The notes below the pieces were generated by a model that made no database searches, was not told where the DNA came from, and saw only the letters and a program-made list of their open reading frames with translations. 64,000 bases of DNA from Acanthaster planci (lineage: Eukaryota). Shown one piece after another: positions 26,700 to 41,480 of this stretch. The translations under genes were made by a program, and so were the position numbers. Each line of letters starts with the position of its first letter. The stretch's first letter is position 1. The stretch is taken from the NCBI RefSeq assembly GCF_001949145.1, contig NW_019091360.1, forward strand, positions 62,001 through 126,000. Direction: 5' to 3'.

Positions 26700-29470
26700 T
26701 GGCGAAAAACTGACACAGGGAAGCATATTTTTTTGGACCTTTTTTTGATCATAAATGAAAAAGAATGTTCCACTTGTTCGTATTAATTTTGGAAGAAGGT
26801 CTTGTCGCCAATCACATTGACCAGAGTAACAAAGACTGGCTGTTTAAAAACATGTACAAAACTTATGGGTCAAAATGAAATACCCAAAATCGCTATTTTA
26901 AAAATAGGTGATGACATCATCATGAGGTCATACATTAAGGAAAATGATCTTATCAGGGTCTTTGTTGACTATTACTTTGATAACCATCATACATTGTGAA
27001 GTTATCATAACAGTGGCCTAAAACATGTACAAAGTCAAAGGCCAAAAAATAGATATGCAGAAAAACTGCTCCTTTAAGTTAATGACACGTAATTTAAATT
27101 TAAACTGACAGATTTTTATGAAATATCACTTGATATTTTGACTCTTGGGTATAATTGTGATCAAAAAAAAGGGAACATTTATTCTGATTTTTCTTTCGTT
27201 CTGGTAGTAATTCTCAGTGGAAGTTAAGGACTTCTCAATCATTAAGCTAGATAATAGTGTGCAGTAGAAAAATGTGTTAAAACCCTACTGCAAAATATTA
27301 AATATTCAAAATTCAAAAATGAATCACTGGATGATGTCATTATAATGAATTTCTTATAGAACCAACCTGACATGATTATCTAAAGGTCTACTAAGTTTGC
27401 AATCAATCAGATAAATAAAACTATCGAAGTCTCCTGTCACAAAGACAAAGAAAAGAGTTTTAAAAAGGAACCAAAATATAGAGGAACTGTGTCTGTATTA
27501 ACAACAGAACACAGGGCTTGTTTTGTGGTTGTGAAGAAAAGTGCTTTGTTGGCATAACACAACATGTTTGAGAATGTTCATATTCATACACTTAAATATA
27601 AAGATTTTAACCAAAAAAGACACATGCTTCAGGAGATATACTTCTTTGAAAACTGCATCCTTAATGTCACGTGATGACATTATCATCACGTGAGGGCAAT
27701 ATGCGTGTAAATCACTTCTTTTTCAGGATATCTGCGACGTTTGAACCCAATCGAAAATGTACTTCACGAGACATAGTGCTTGTAGAAGTGGACCTTTAAT
27801 ATAATGTGTCTTGTCAAATGATGATGTCATCATCATATCGGGTAATAGTCATCTAAAGCACATGTACTTCACAAGATAATGTGCTTTGTAGAGTGCACCT
27901 TTAATGTCACGTGATTTGTCACATGATGACTTCATCATCACATAGGGTGAATTTTCATCTATAACACTTTGCTTTCTAAATACTTGCCAAGTTTCAACCC
28001 AATAGGACATGAACTTCAGGAGATATAGCACTTTGAAGGATGCACCTTAAATGTCACGTGACTCGTCTGCTGATGACATTGTCATCACATGAGGTCAATC
28101 TGCTTTTATACACCTTCTCTTCTAAACTATATGCAAGGTTCTAACCCAATCTGACATGTACATACAAAATACAACATAAAACATTATTGTTATCACAAAA
28201 AGAGTGCAGATTAGAGATTGCATACATTTTTCCCTTTTGGTGTTCCATACAATGCGATCTGCTCTCAGCACTGTGTGCCTGGCAATTTTCCAACTCCTGA
28301 GTACATGCCCCATGCAGTGTGTGCTGCCTATGTTACAGGCAGACATTGCAAGTCCACACACAGTAACCAATGCACAGTAGGCGAATGGGATTTTTGAGTT
28401 TGCAAATATTGTACATTTTTTTTTTCACTGGCACTTCATATGTGTGAAGAAGTATACCACTTATGCACTTCATGCAGTTGACTTCAATGTTTTAGCTATC
28501 ATCTAATGAACAATTCACGCTTAAATCTGTTACGGTCATTTTTTTACCGAATTTTTGAAGAATAAAAGGACTTTTTATTATAACTTACTGTCTTCTCACT
28601 GTCATCGGCCCCAAATTTCACACGTGTTAACTGGGTGAAAATGATCATCTACATCAGTTTTCAGGCGATTTGGACAAACTTCTCCACAGACATCTACTCA
28701 GAACTTCATTTTTCAGAATTTTCAACCTGTCGCTAGAGGGTGCTTGACAATTACGTGACGTCATCAGTAGATGATTTGAAGAATACTATACGCCAAGAGA
28801 ATGACACTGTTCAAAACAACTTCATACCTATTACCACTTTTAATTAATCAGCCCACTTCCAGTTTCAACCTGAAGGAAGGGTCACGTGATTTGACCAACA
28901 TGAGATGAATTGAAGACCATATTATGCTTTGCCACTTGCTGCAAACAGAATTTTGCGGAAGGCCACGGTTGATTTTATATGGATTTTTACAACATTAACG
29001 TAATATTTAAATATTTAACATTTAATAAGAAATCACTTAATGACGTCATCATGACATAATTATTTTATTATTATCTTTGCCTCGAGGTCTTTCCTTGGTG
29101 TAACTGTGATGTCGAAGATAGCAAAGTAACAAAAACGATGCCTCGAAAATGTGTACAAAGTCAATGGGCGGAAATAAATATTGAAAAACAGTAAGAAATC
29201 ACTTGATGATGTCATCACGACGTCATTCTTCTAGACACATCTATGCATAAGTGTCCCTCATTGGTAACAGTTTTATGAACATCCAAATTTGCAAAAGCAC
29301 TAAAGTCAAGGGTAAAAAACGTGCACACAACAAACAGGGTTTGGATCAGAAGAAAAAGGAAGAAAAAAAAAAGAATTATTAGGAAGCCTTTTTCACAAAA
29401 TGCAAAAAAGCCCCCCCCTCCCAAATTTAACGAAAGCAATAGCTGCTAAGGCAGTACACCGAAGCAGTTA
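26700..29470 (-). mobile_element. Helentron/DINE-like non-autonomous repeat with an internal ~147-bp tandem array (left boundary approximate)
   Basis: Colinear with ~55900-58640 over more than 2 kb. The 5' hairpin terminus at ~29435-29470 resembles that of 60369-62065. Tandem units at ~27590-28140. Confidence 0.6.
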
Positions 29471-30027
29471 AAACCCAGAGATCCAGATAAAGACTGGAAA
29501 GTGGCAACTATTTATACTGAAATGACATCATAATTTTACTTATAGACAGGCAAATTTGCATTTGCAAAAGTTAAGGTCTTCAAAATGCCCTTAAAAAGAG
29601 CAAAATGAAAATGGAAAAAAAGCTCTTTTGAAGAGGAATAAAATCTGTATTGGAGATAGTGGTTGCATCTGACATAATGCATAAAGTTTTGTTGGCACAT
29701 GTGACTGTATCTGTGCCAATGCAGCCTTCCAGTTATGAGAGGTATTGCCAAAGAACTAATTATGAGTGATGATTGCAGCTTGAGTTTAACTGCCTCTAAT
29801 TGGTATGAGTTCATTGCCCTCTCATCTCTGTCTCATTTCCACACTTGTGTCTCATAGTAATACTACAACTATACTGGCAGCAGCAACAGCTTACTATAAC
29901 TTATTAATTATTATAAGCTCATGTACGATAAGAAATGCCATTATAGCTGAATCTATTACAGCTACAGCTACAACTTTTATTACATATTGACAATGATACA
30001 AATTCCTCATAATATTTTCTTTCAAAC

Positions 30028-30112
30028 CTCATGTAATTCATCAGCATCAAAATCTCCTGTCTCCGCCCAATACTCAAGCTCAAGCTGAAGATCAGCAGGG
30101 AATGAAAATGAC
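30028..30112 (-). CDS. CFAP65: CFAP65 exon 4 (SFSFPADLQLELEYWAETGDFDADELHE); not in the ORF track
   Basis: Found by manual translation. Acceptor ggacag, donor GAG|gtttga. 85 nt; the first base completes the TG+G Trp codon. Matches the expected FP.D...E.WAE.....ELH segment. Confidence 0.9.
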
Positions 30113-32654
30113 CTGTCCAAAAACAAATTGTGAACACAAAATGACTTTCATGCAAATGGCAATACACAAGTACTGGTAAAAGTAAATGCACCAAAACACA
30201 CCTAAATGAATTTTGCTCTCAAGGAAGTGAAAATTGTTTCACATTTTATGATCTCCTGCAATATTTCTGCTTTATCTATTTACACTGGGGACATATATAT
30301 TGAACAACTCTTGACACTTTTTCATTTACTTCCCTATTATATTAATTGGCACTTTTCTCTTAAAAACTTGTCTAATTTTTTTTTCAGAATGTAAACTTTA
30401 CTGTGTACTCTTAACAACCGACAAGGATTACAGTGAATGTGGTAGACGCAGCTGTTGAAATTGTCACATTTAATTATTATAAGCTCATATATGATAAGAA
30501 ATGCCATCAACAATGAAAGTACACCATTTTGGATGTTCTGGGGGTTGATGTCCTCTTTAAATTTTTAGCTGTTTTGGGCAATGGTCCAAACAACTTTTGT
30601 TTTTCTTATGATTGTCTTCTTTTGATTTATTTTATTCTTCTTTTTATATTTTCTTCCCATTAAAATGATACAGGACAGGGATGTTCTATTCCTAATTCCC
30701 TTCAAACGTGGCATGACAGACTACTGTTTGGAGATGTATGCTAAATCATGACACCATCATGATGTCACCAGAAGTCACGTGATAAGCCAACAGAGTCCAA
30801 ACTTTTACAAGCTAATATCTCCGGAACTAAAGGTATAAACCAAAATGTGTTATGTGAGAAAAATGGAATGACATCATGATGTCATCAGCTCATTATTAAT
30901 TTTTGTTTTTAATTCTCCATATTTTAACATTCTGTTCAATTTACCTTAACATAACAAGATTTTTTTAAAATTCTTTTGGACAACCTTAGCTAGGGAACGT
31001 AGATTTGTGTTATTAAGAAAGATTTGTTCTAATGCCCTCTCTCAGCCTTGTCATGCTGTTCAAAATTGTTGTGCTTACTAAGTAGACCTATATTGGATTT
31101 GTGCCGTATTGTATTATTTTTGAGGAAACACATAAATAGAAAGTGTAGAGGAATGATACCGATTTGTGGTAAACCAGCCTTAATGAGTAATTAACTTTGT
31201 TTCACATGTATTTTTATGGCTTTCTCTAATGTATGATGCAAAAAAAGTGTGCACAACTGTGCTATGGTACACATACATGCCCATTAAATTATTACAACAA
31301 ATGTGGGCACGGATAATAGTCATTTTTGTTCACCCAAAAGAGGTCACTGAAATAGCTCTGTGTTTGCTACCTAATAAATACAAGTCCTGTTCAATTTGGT
31401 TTTTTATGTTTGGTGGTAACAACATATTTCCAACTGAAGTGAACTACTCCTTTCATTTCACTTTCATTTTAAAAGTTGTTATTTAAAATCCCAATATTGG
31501 ATTGAATTGCAATTGAATACCTAGTGATAAGGTCACTGGGATTTTACACATGACTTTTATAACAGGTACCTTAACACTATCTTAACACTAACCTTAACAT
31601 TATCAGTAATGGCAAATAATGAACACAAAACCTTGAGGACCTACAACTTGTAATGATAAACGTGATGTTGTTTTAGTGGCACTCTTATTTTCAATGTTTG
31701 ACTGCATCTAGATTTCATATTTTTTTATTATTTACTTTAACTGTAAATAAAATCTCATCATTTGTCTTAGCAGTTTTCTTCTAAAATTGGCATTGCAACG
31801 CTTTCACTGAATTTCACTCTTTCAGCATTTACAGTATGCTCACATCTAATCACCAATCAACTTTCAGTTTAAGTACACACAGAAACCATTGTTGAAAATG
31901 GCTATTTGAGTACGACAATTTGAGTATCATTTTAGAAAATGGATCAATCACTAGAAACTCCCATTTTATACAGTCATATCAAGAGCATTAATAGTTTGAA
32001 TTCACTATAGATTTCCATAGCTAAAATAAGAATTTGCATATATAAAATCCATTTGGATTTTTGAGGTATTAAGAGTGTGTACAAACTACAATCCGTAGTT
32101 GGTGACTGAATGGCCATGTGATGTCATGAGTATGTTATGTGTACGTGAGGGAAAGGAAAACAGTTATGCCTCCATCTAAGTTGTATAAGACCTGGGCCAG
32201 GACTAAAGCTAAAGCTTGAACACACATATACATTGCTAGCCAACACTGAACAATCAATCAAATTCAATTCATAGTACAAAGCATTAATGAGTATCAACAC
32301 TCATTGTTCCCCTGCTCACAGGACAACAATTGAAGATTCTTCGTTTTGAATGAGCTCAGGTGTTTCTTGTCTTTGCCAATTTGAATCGAAGCCTTTTCGC
32401 ATTGTTTCTCTTTAACTCCTTTTGGGAACCATCACAGCTCTGATTTGTGTGAGAGTGTAAATATGTATATGCAGGTAGATTATTATAGGCAACATTCCGT
32501 AAATCTATTTGTAATGCTGCCCAAGGCAGTCTTAAGAAAGAATGAAGTCCAGTGATAGTATTTGAAATGGCATTGATTTGACGGTGAATGATTCATTATT
32601 TGCAAAGTCTAACACTATTTAAAGAAAGAAAAACATGTGAAAGAGATATCTGAC

Positions 32655-32852
32655 CATTCAGTGGGGACTGTGCCTATATTCTCCAGCATAAGATGAACAA
32701 TGCATGGCTTGCTGTCTTGGGGAGCTCCACTGAAGTTGAAGTCCATGATGGCTCGTGTATTTATAGGTGATTTCCGTGTTGTACTGCGACACATCACATT
32801 AGGATATGTCAGCTCTTCAGGGGATGGATCTGACTCCAAACACATGTTTAGT
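32655..32852 (-). CDS. CFAP65: CFAP65 exon 3 (LNMCLESDPSPEELTY...MDFNFSGAP...LENIGTVPTEW)
   Basis: Acceptor tttgcag, donor TG|gtcaga. 198 nt, phase 2/2. Has the DP.P.ELTY and DFNF.AAP motifs. Confidence 0.92.
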
Positions 32853-33294
32853 CTGCAAATGATACCAAACAATACCACCAAAATTTGAAAGCTTAAGGAC
32901 CTTTAAATACACAAAGTAAAACATTTGATCAGTGGTTCAAGCTTTACTGGAGGCACATGATGGAAGATTTCAAGCATCAAAAACAAATTAATGTTAAACA
33001 GAGAATTAAATTTTGTCTGCTCTGAGTGAGAGGAAGAGAGGACATGTTTTGTGAAGTGAGAAACCTCAAGACCAAGTCTCAGTGTATGAGATTCCTGTCC
33101 AAAAATACAAGTTTTATTTTATGACAAAAACACACAAAATCATGCACTTAACCTTGATGTATGAAACAATCAACGTGGTGGACAAGAACATTGCATTTTG
33201 AGCATGCCTCTACTACAACACTCATATGTGAAGATACACCCTGTTTACAGCTGTATCCCTCTGAGACGTTTTGGGAACACTGGCATATCATTAA

Positions 33295-33345
33295 CCCTAA
33301 CAGTCCTCAATCCTCCAACAGGTGAAGGATTGAGGGCTGTGAGGG
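33295..33345. mobile_element. Ultra-short (51 bp) piggyBac-type MITE
   Basis: TTAA|CCCTAACAGTCCTCAATCCT...AGGATTGAGGGCTGTGAGGG|TTTA. Absent at the homologous position (~26685) of a paralogous host repeat. Confidence 0.65.
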
Positions 33346-33702
33346 TTTATACATTATGAGTGTTTCTGAAATCGGCACAAAAGATATTTGCAGAAACCCT
33401 TTTTTCCCCGGCTATAAATGGGAAAACTATTCCATTTTTTCATGTTAAGTTTGGAAGACAGGTCTTGTCACCTGTTGTTTAAAGGTTGTAATTGGGGAAA
33501 GAAGGGTTTCTTTACCCGGCCTCTTTTAGTAGACATACTTCATTAAATTTGAATAACCCTGTATATAGACCTAATTCTTACACTTATCATGATAATTCTA
33601 GTTTTAAATGTCCTAAATACTGTAAAGCGCGCCATGGAGCATCATGATGGAATTGGCACAGTATAAATGTATCATTATTATCATTAACTGTTGTATGCAT
33701 CA

Positions 33703-34648
33703 CAGAGGTGGCAGCAAGTCATATTTTGCAAGTCCAAGTCAAGTCACAAGTCATTATATGCAAGTCCAAGTCAAGTCACAAATCATTTGGTCTAAACACA
33801 AGTCAAATCACAAGTCTCTTTGTCCAAGTACAAGTTAATCTGCATATTATTTTGTCCAGCTGTACCAAGCAAAAAGAACCAGGCATCAACTTACAAAGTT
33901 ACAAGTTAAAAAATATATGGGGCCGGTTGAGTAGTGTCTGACTTGGGTTGTTAAAGGATCCAGGGAATGAATTTTTCTTAGAATCACTTCTTCCATTTAT
34001 GAAGACTGTTTGACATCTTTTTTGAGTTACGTGAACTGAATGGTGCACTTTTTCAAACATTGAAAATTGACCAAGCACTTCTGGATAAGTGAGGGCGCTT
34101 TTGCTTTGATGTAAATCCAGAAAGACATGGTTCAGGGTGGATGTTTTCATTTTCAAATTGTGAATCCCAAATTTGCTATCTGGGAACATTTCTGTGAAAA
34201 GGATTTTGCAGGATTATTGCCATATACTTACGCAGCAATAAATTGCCAAAGAAAATGAAACCTCCTATTGCAGTTAAAAAATCTTGAAATTTCCTGTGCA
34301 CAAATCAGTGCAACATGTAAGCTCAGTGCTTTGGATGAGATCATAGTTCTGCTCATAAATATGCAAATATGCATTAGCATAAAACAAAAAAGCATCAAAA
34401 TATGGGTTAAAATTGCGTAACAAAACTTTGAAATAAGGTTAATTGAAACCCAAAGATGCAATTTCAAGGGTTTTAGTAAAATTTATAAAAATATTTCTGT
34501 TTCCTGGTTCCTTTAACAAGTCATTTTTTGCAAGTCCAAGTCAATTCACAAAACAAAGCTGGTATTTACAAATCAAGTCACAAGTCACAAAAATAGTGAC
34601 TCAAGTCCAACTCGAGTCCAAGTCATATGACTCGAGTCAGCAACTCTG
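33703..34648. mobile_element. Non-autonomous hAT-type element
   Basis: Perfect 8-bp TSD ATGCATCA on both sides. Ends CAGAGGTGGC and GCAACTCTG. CAAGT subterminal arrays like those of 1724-2685. Confidence 0.85.
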
Positions 34649-35358
34649 ATGCATCATTATTATAATTCACATTGCTGCTAATGATTTAACGCAGCTAAAC
34701 TTTTTGTGATTCTGCAGACACCAACCATCATTATAGCTGTATCTATCTTTAAAGCAAACTTGAATTTTCAATTCTGATTGGTCGATCCTTGGCAACAACC
34801 CGTGTGACATAAACTGTGTTACACGGTCCATGTCAAACCCCGCGTAACGCGTTGTTCGAACTCCATGCAATGTGCTTTTTTAAGCTAAGAGAAATATGCA
34901 CAACTGCAAAATTTACTTATTTACATAGGCCCCTATAATATCTTTGAAGACAAATTCGTTATCATGCTTAGGCTTGTGGAACACTGAATTTTGTATCCTT
35001 GTTGGTTTATTCAGAAGATAAGAAACCTTGAAGCCTAATGTCTGCATTGCGTTCTTATTTACAAACATTTAAATTAATAAGGAAGACCTACAAAAATAAC
35101 ATATTACTAAAACATAAGTTACAATTTGTACAAGGGAAAGAAAACCCCCAGCTGAACCAGAAAGGACATTACAAGAAAAGAAATACACAACAAACACATA
35201 AAAGGAAAAGACAATAATAACGCTGAGACAATCTTAAACAACAACCATTAACCCTCCCTTCCACCAACCTGGTAAAACATACCACTATTAAAGACTTTTA
35301 CACAGACGAACAGAGAAAACAAACAAACAAAAACCACACACACACATAAGTGTGTATT

Positions 35359-35449
35359 NNNNNNNNNNNNNNNNNNNNNNNNNNNNNNNNNNNNNNNNNN
35401 NNNNNNNNNNNNNNNNNNNNNNNNNNNNNNNNNNNNNNNNNNNNNNNNN
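35359..35449. other. Assembly gap (91 N)
   Basis: Run of N, preceded by a CA-rich tract. Confidence 0.99.
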
Positions 35450-35988
35450 ACAAAGTTGTCAATCGGGGACCTTCTGTCAATCAGGGACCTTATTGTCCTC
35501 TATTGTTCAAGGTCCCCATTTGAATGCAGAAACAAACTCACAAACACCCATGTTTAAAAATTGTAATCTTGCTTAAGATCCTGTTGGATAAAAAGTTTAC
35601 ATTGACCAGAAATGGTTTTTGTAATACATTTGCTCAACCTTGATGCTCATGGTTCCCCCAGCATAATGAGCACATTAACATTGACAGGTATACAGCCTTA
35701 AAAATCAACTATAAAATAACTAAGAGGAAAATGAAAGACAAAATTTAAAGGAACACATTCATCAAATCTTGCTTAAAAAAATGATTGACAAAACATTCAC
35801 ATTGACAATTTGTGTACCTGTGAACAGAAGGGCCATCAAATATTTACTGTGTTCCACAGCCTGGCAAGAAATGGAATGGGGCTATTTCTATACTGAGTAG
35901 TTCTGCAAAATGGAACATAGAGTTGGTTATTACCTCTGAAAAGGTCATAATGGGATTGTGATCTAAACTCAGGTAACCACAAGTTAAA

Positions 35989-38900
35989 TTCCTCCCCCCT
36001 GTAGAGTGGGTTGTGTCTCCTAATGGTATGTATCACTAGGAGACCGACCCACTTTACGTGGGTAAGGAGTCTCCTGCGTTCACATACCCCTGCCCAGCCT
36101 ACACATGCGGAGTGGCACTGAACCCTGGAGGTAGGTCAGCGACGAGAGTGTAGTTTATTAAAAGGAACATAAGGGTGGGTGTAGCAAGAGCGAGCACTCA
36201 CCAGGAGAAACTGCTATTAAGTCGTGGTATCCATCATCCGGCCTGGAACAGTGCTGGACATTGTCCGGACTGCCGAGTGCAGGGCTGCTCTGCCATAGGC
36301 TGCTTTGCACTGCAGAACAACTTTAAGGCAGCACTCGGTGAAGGTGGAGGGAGATTTCCAGCAAGCTGCCTGGTGGATTTGAGCTAGAGGAACTCCGCTG
36401 AGGTATGACCAGGATGCAAAGGTGGTCCCAGGATAAGACGAGGCCTATGACATGGGGACGAGGAGATGGTGGATGGGAGTGCTGTCAGAGACAGTCAATC
36501 CATCGCTGAAGCCCGAGTGAACAGCTGCCACGGCCGACCAGTAGTTGCGGATGGTGGCAATCTGGAGACCTGAGTACAACAGATACGTGAGGAAGTCTGC
36601 AATGGAACTCACAGGAGCTTCGGTTGGAGAAACATCATGGTTGTCACACCATCTAGTAAATTGCTGTCTGCGGCTGTTGTAAATTTTGTGAGTGGACAGT
36701 TGTCAACCCCAGGCTGCCATAGATGCAGCGTCTGCAGAAAGGCCTGACGTCCTGATGGATCAATGGACAACGTCAAGCACGTCAAGTGAAGACTCTCTGG
36801 TGCTGGTTGGAGGATCCCTGACTTGGGTTGAAGAAGGATGTCCTCTCTGACTGGAAGGACCAGCAGCCGTTGTACCAGGAGTTTTGTCAGTCTTGGAAAA
36901 CAACAGTTGGAAAGGCCAGAATGGAGTGATGAGGAGGATCTGACATGGTTCTCGTTCTATTTGCGGAACTTTGTGAGATGGGTTTTGCCGGCAGAAGTGA
37001 AGAGGTCGATATAGATGGATCCCAATACGAGGCTTTTAGCATCAATCTGCATGCTTCCTTATTTGAAAACAAGGCTGTATGTGTCAGCTTCAATTCTTAA
37101 TACGATCGGACAATTGAAAGTAAAGAGTCAAGACATAAAATACACAAAGGTATGTTAAATTCAGACTTTTCAGGCTGCAAATTTTTGTGGAAAAGTCTAT
37201 CAGGATGACTCGACACGTAAAAATCAAATAAAAGAAAAAATAACGGCAATCTACCACGAACTAACTTACCTGCGATGGTCGTGTATCTTGTGCAGTGGGC
37301 GTGGTTTAAACTGAAGTGGCGTCACACTTACATGTATGAACCGGATACTGCACATACTGTGTGGACTCCGTGGGTGCATGTGACGAAGTTCAACACAGAG
37401 AGCCTCGGTTTCGATGCAGATATGTGCAGATGGTGCTAATGTGAAATCCCTCTATGGGGACACTCGATCTCCGCAAAATCTGGCTGACCACGTTCAGGTC
37501 AAGAATCCACCCTGTTGGTCAGACGGTGCCCTGACAGTATGTCTGCTATGCTGTTGCTGGTTCCCATTGTGTGGACGGGCGATGCATCGAGGAGAGTGAG
37601 TGTCACCTTGGCGTTTGATGTATGACACTGCCGTGGAGTTGTTGCTCTGGACTCGAACACAATGACCTACTAAGTGTCGTTGGAAGTGGCAGAGAGTGAT
37701 AAACACCACTTGGAGCTCTAATCTGTTGATGTGTTTGTCTCGAGAGGCTGTGTCTCATGGAGACATGGAGCGGAGCAAGAAAGGACCCCATCTGAATAGT
37801 GACACATCTATCGTCACAGTCACATCCGGACCTAGAGGTATGAAAGGAAGGCCAGCCGACAGGTGCTCAGTGATCAAGTATTCATTATAAGAAAATAATA
37901 GTGAGCCCTGTTACATTGTACTATGTTCGACATGTCCATTTGTATCCTTCAGTTGACGGATACAACACTGGGCCATATCATTACATACAAACAGGGAATT
38001 ACGGTCATTCCGTATGCATTGAAAGAATAAAAAAATGCAGGTAAGAAGTGCCCAAAGATGGAAGACCACTCCGTAATCAAATACTGTTGTCCTACATTGA
38101 AGAGTTATAACATTTTCATTTACTCGCTAATACTTGCCAAGTCCACCTTTTCGTTTCGACTACACAAGGTGCAATTGGAAGAGGTAACCAGGCCAACCCA
38201 TTCACAAAAGTTAGTGCAGACAGTAGGCACGCTTTTGTCAGACCTTATATCAGTCACAGGAGACTTTAGACATGCCTACTACAGAAGAACTCGTGTCCGG
38301 AAAGCAATGTGGGACGTGGCCAGGCTGAGTGGAAGAATATATGGAGAGTCGGAAATAATTTAATAATTTAGATGAAATGAGCATGTATAATTCATGATGA
38401 TGTGAAGTTCGGCGAATTAGGGTGCTCAAGGCGTGGATACTGAATTGAATGGCGTGATCACCGGTTAGTGATAGAGGGGGGCCTGTCTGGAGATTGCTGT
38501 TGATTGTTACACACCTGAGTGCCTCCAATGATGAAGTTTCAGACATCGGAGGGCTTAATGGGTCTGAGGGTAGGGTGATGACATCTACCGCAGGCATTAA
38601 TGAACGGAAGACTTATGGTCAGAATAAAACACACGGTAGGCTGATTGTATGGCATTTTATTCACCGGGAAAGCTCCGAAAAAAGGTGAAGCGATGCCCGC
38701 AGGGCAGATTTCTGTTTCCCACCCAGCTGGCCCCCAGCATGGGAGTCTTGGGTGCTAGCCGGCAGTTTGATGCGTAGCGTAGTGATAGGCCTATGAGCAA
38801 TTGTTCGAGCCGCAGTCAGGGTGAGACTCACACTCACACTCACCAGGGGCTGCAAATGACGTAAGGCGGCCCGGCAGAGTGTACATGTAGTTCCTGCACA

Positions 38901-41480
38901 CCTGGATGCCCCAGATCAAGGCAGAGGCAAAGGGGTGGAGCTAGACGTGAGTCCTAAGTAGAACCCGGATAAGTTGAAGAATTATTATTATTGTTGTTAT
39001 TGAATAAATTTAGTAAGAGCAAATTCAAAAATACATGTGTAAATGGCTGCCGTCGTGTATTAGACAGACTGACGGAGCCGGATGTGAAGCCAGAGATGAA
39101 ACTGGATCTGAAGTCGGATCTGGGTGAGGATCCGGAAAAAGAACCTCACACAGGGCATCCGGATCCAGGGCAGTCGCCGGGGGAGTTGAGATTGACTTGA
39201 GGAGGCTGGCTAAAGCAAGAGAGCAGACCGGCATCATCAAACTCGAACAAGAAATATCTTGCCTAGGTGTAGAGCAAAATTTCTTGCATTTACACTTCTT
39301 ATGTGGGGTGATCTGGCCGTAGAATCTGAAAGACGAACCTAAAACCCCGGGATGTCAGCAGCATATCTGGAATGGAGGTCGTGATAGGTCAAAGCGCGCT
39401 GAGCCACTGGGGAACTGAGATGGAAGCACCCTAGTTGGATAGCCCTAGCCAAAAGCCACAGTGATAAGTGGTGTTCGAGAACTACAGCGATGATGCAGTT
39501 CTGTAGCCCGAAAAGTGGCTGGTGAAGAGCCCACATAGTTCAATGGCGCCTCTGAATGGGCCGCCACCGAGAACAATGGGGCATCGGCCTGAGGCATTGT
39601 AACTTCCAAGTCATGCCTGAGTGAACCGCTGTGAAGTTCGTCTGACAGATGTATTTCATGACATGTGGCAGTCGTTGCAGCTGGCCGGGGGTCGACCTGG
39701 TGAGTAGACTGGTGAGCCATACACATCTTCCACGCTAGGCGCTGGTACATGTAGTAGGGACACCACCAGAGGACTTCGGAGCACAGGAACTGGGGGCGAA
39801 AGTCAGATGCCCAGTCCAGTCTAGCGGGGAGTAAGTTTACTCACTCCAAGTGCAGTGCCGAACGGACAGAGCTACCACGATCCGCGACATAATCCGAAGC
39901 CGGGTCCCACTGGGGAATGGTTCTGGCTGGACAACAGAGACCACTTCAGCTTCTGAGAATGCCCCTTGTGAGGGAGGAGGGACGGCCGGGAGGGGATTTG
40001 GATCGGGTGCCGTTGCCGCTGGTTGAGGCTTGGAGACTATCTTGCAGTCAAGGGAGGTGAAGGCTCTCTGAGAGGGACTGGAGGGTCGTCATCCACGGGG
40101 GTGGATCTGGATCGGAGTGGCATTTCTTCTTAGCTGTGGACAAGGAAGAAGAGGCCAAAAAAGATGTCTTGGCCTTGCATTTCTTAGCCTTCAACAGTGT
40201 GGGGGCAGTTGTAGGTATAGCTGGGCGTGGATCCCCTGAAGGGTCAGTTGTATCCTGCAAGGAACATCCCAGGTCAGGATCGGTGGTCCCATGGCAGGAG
40301 TCCATCGGCAGACCGGAGCTGTGGATGGGGAGTGGTGGACAAAAGCCCCTGTGGCGTAGCAGTCCAAAAGGGGTGACATTGTCTGATGCAACGTAAGGCT
40401 GAGCGCTGTGTTGTATTGCAGACTCGTCTGCGGCAGAAGAAGTGGAGCATGACGAACCTGCTGTGGAACCCATTGCTTACTTGGAGGGGGTTGACTGACC
40501 AGGCTTCTGAGCGGGCAGAAGCCAGTGAGGGACCCTGGGCAGACGGCAGACCATCACCCTGTGAGCCTCGCTGGGCCAACGGTCAGTACGGTCACTCGGT
40601 GATGTGGTAGGTAGTGATGCCTACAGCATACAGAAATTAACAGCTCCTTATGCTCTGGTCAACTGTGATCAAGGGTACTGTTACAGCACAGCACGCTCAA
40701 CCCCGATCAGTGGGTACGTGGAGTGGGCATCGATGCCCACAGGTAATGTTGTCCTAGCATGCTCTGCCCGGTCGGTAGGTGTATGGAGCAGCCATCGATG
40801 ATCAAGGACAGTGTTGCAGCATAGCACGCTCAGCCCGATTGATTCCAGTAGTGGTCGTCAGTAATTAAGGGTATTGTAGCAGCATAGCTCACTCAACCCG
40901 ATCATATACATGTAGATAAAGGTCCGGGGTAGTTTTGCGGCACAGCCCGGCCTATTCACTCCACTGGGTCTCTCAAGGCTGTTAAACTCGGATAACGCAA
41001 AACCGCACCACAAAGGAGCGGGGCAGCCCGCCAAGCCCCGCTCCACAGCCAGACCCATACAGCGTTGGGCCGTTATTATTTGGACGCATGCACCACAATG
41101 AGAATACACAACACACTACATCGGTAGTTCATACCCAAACCTGTAAATAATGCACAGAAAAAAAGGGGCAGAAAAGAACAACAAAAATATGAAATACGAA
41201 AATAAGCACTCTTACAAATAGATAAGGAATCGCTCTTTATTCGTAAACAGAAATCGAGTCAGTTCACAAATGCAAAAGGTATGGAACTTGAAACTCTGAA
41301 AATGACATAAAGACACGTCCGTAAATGATAGGCGCTGAGTAAAGAAGGACGAACATGGCAGTGGGACCGCAGTGCATTGTGGAGGGTCAAAGGGCAGTAT
41401 GCATAATCAAGTCTTTTCAGCGAACTGTAATAGGCACAGGGGAAATTTGCATATGTAGGCTGGGCAGGCGTATAAGGAGA
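35989..41480 (-). mobile_element. DIRS-like element (copy C), RT-less, with a collapsed right terminal repeat
   Basis: Left ITR at ~41345-41480 and ICR at ~36030-36107. RNase H fragment VRVQSNNSTAVSYIKRQG, MT-like fragment LLVLPVREDILLQP, YR fragments IADFLTYL...IRNYWSAV and QAACWKSPSTF. A Pro/Ser-rich gag-like region lies at ~39300-40800. No RT motifs are seen. Confidence 0.88.
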
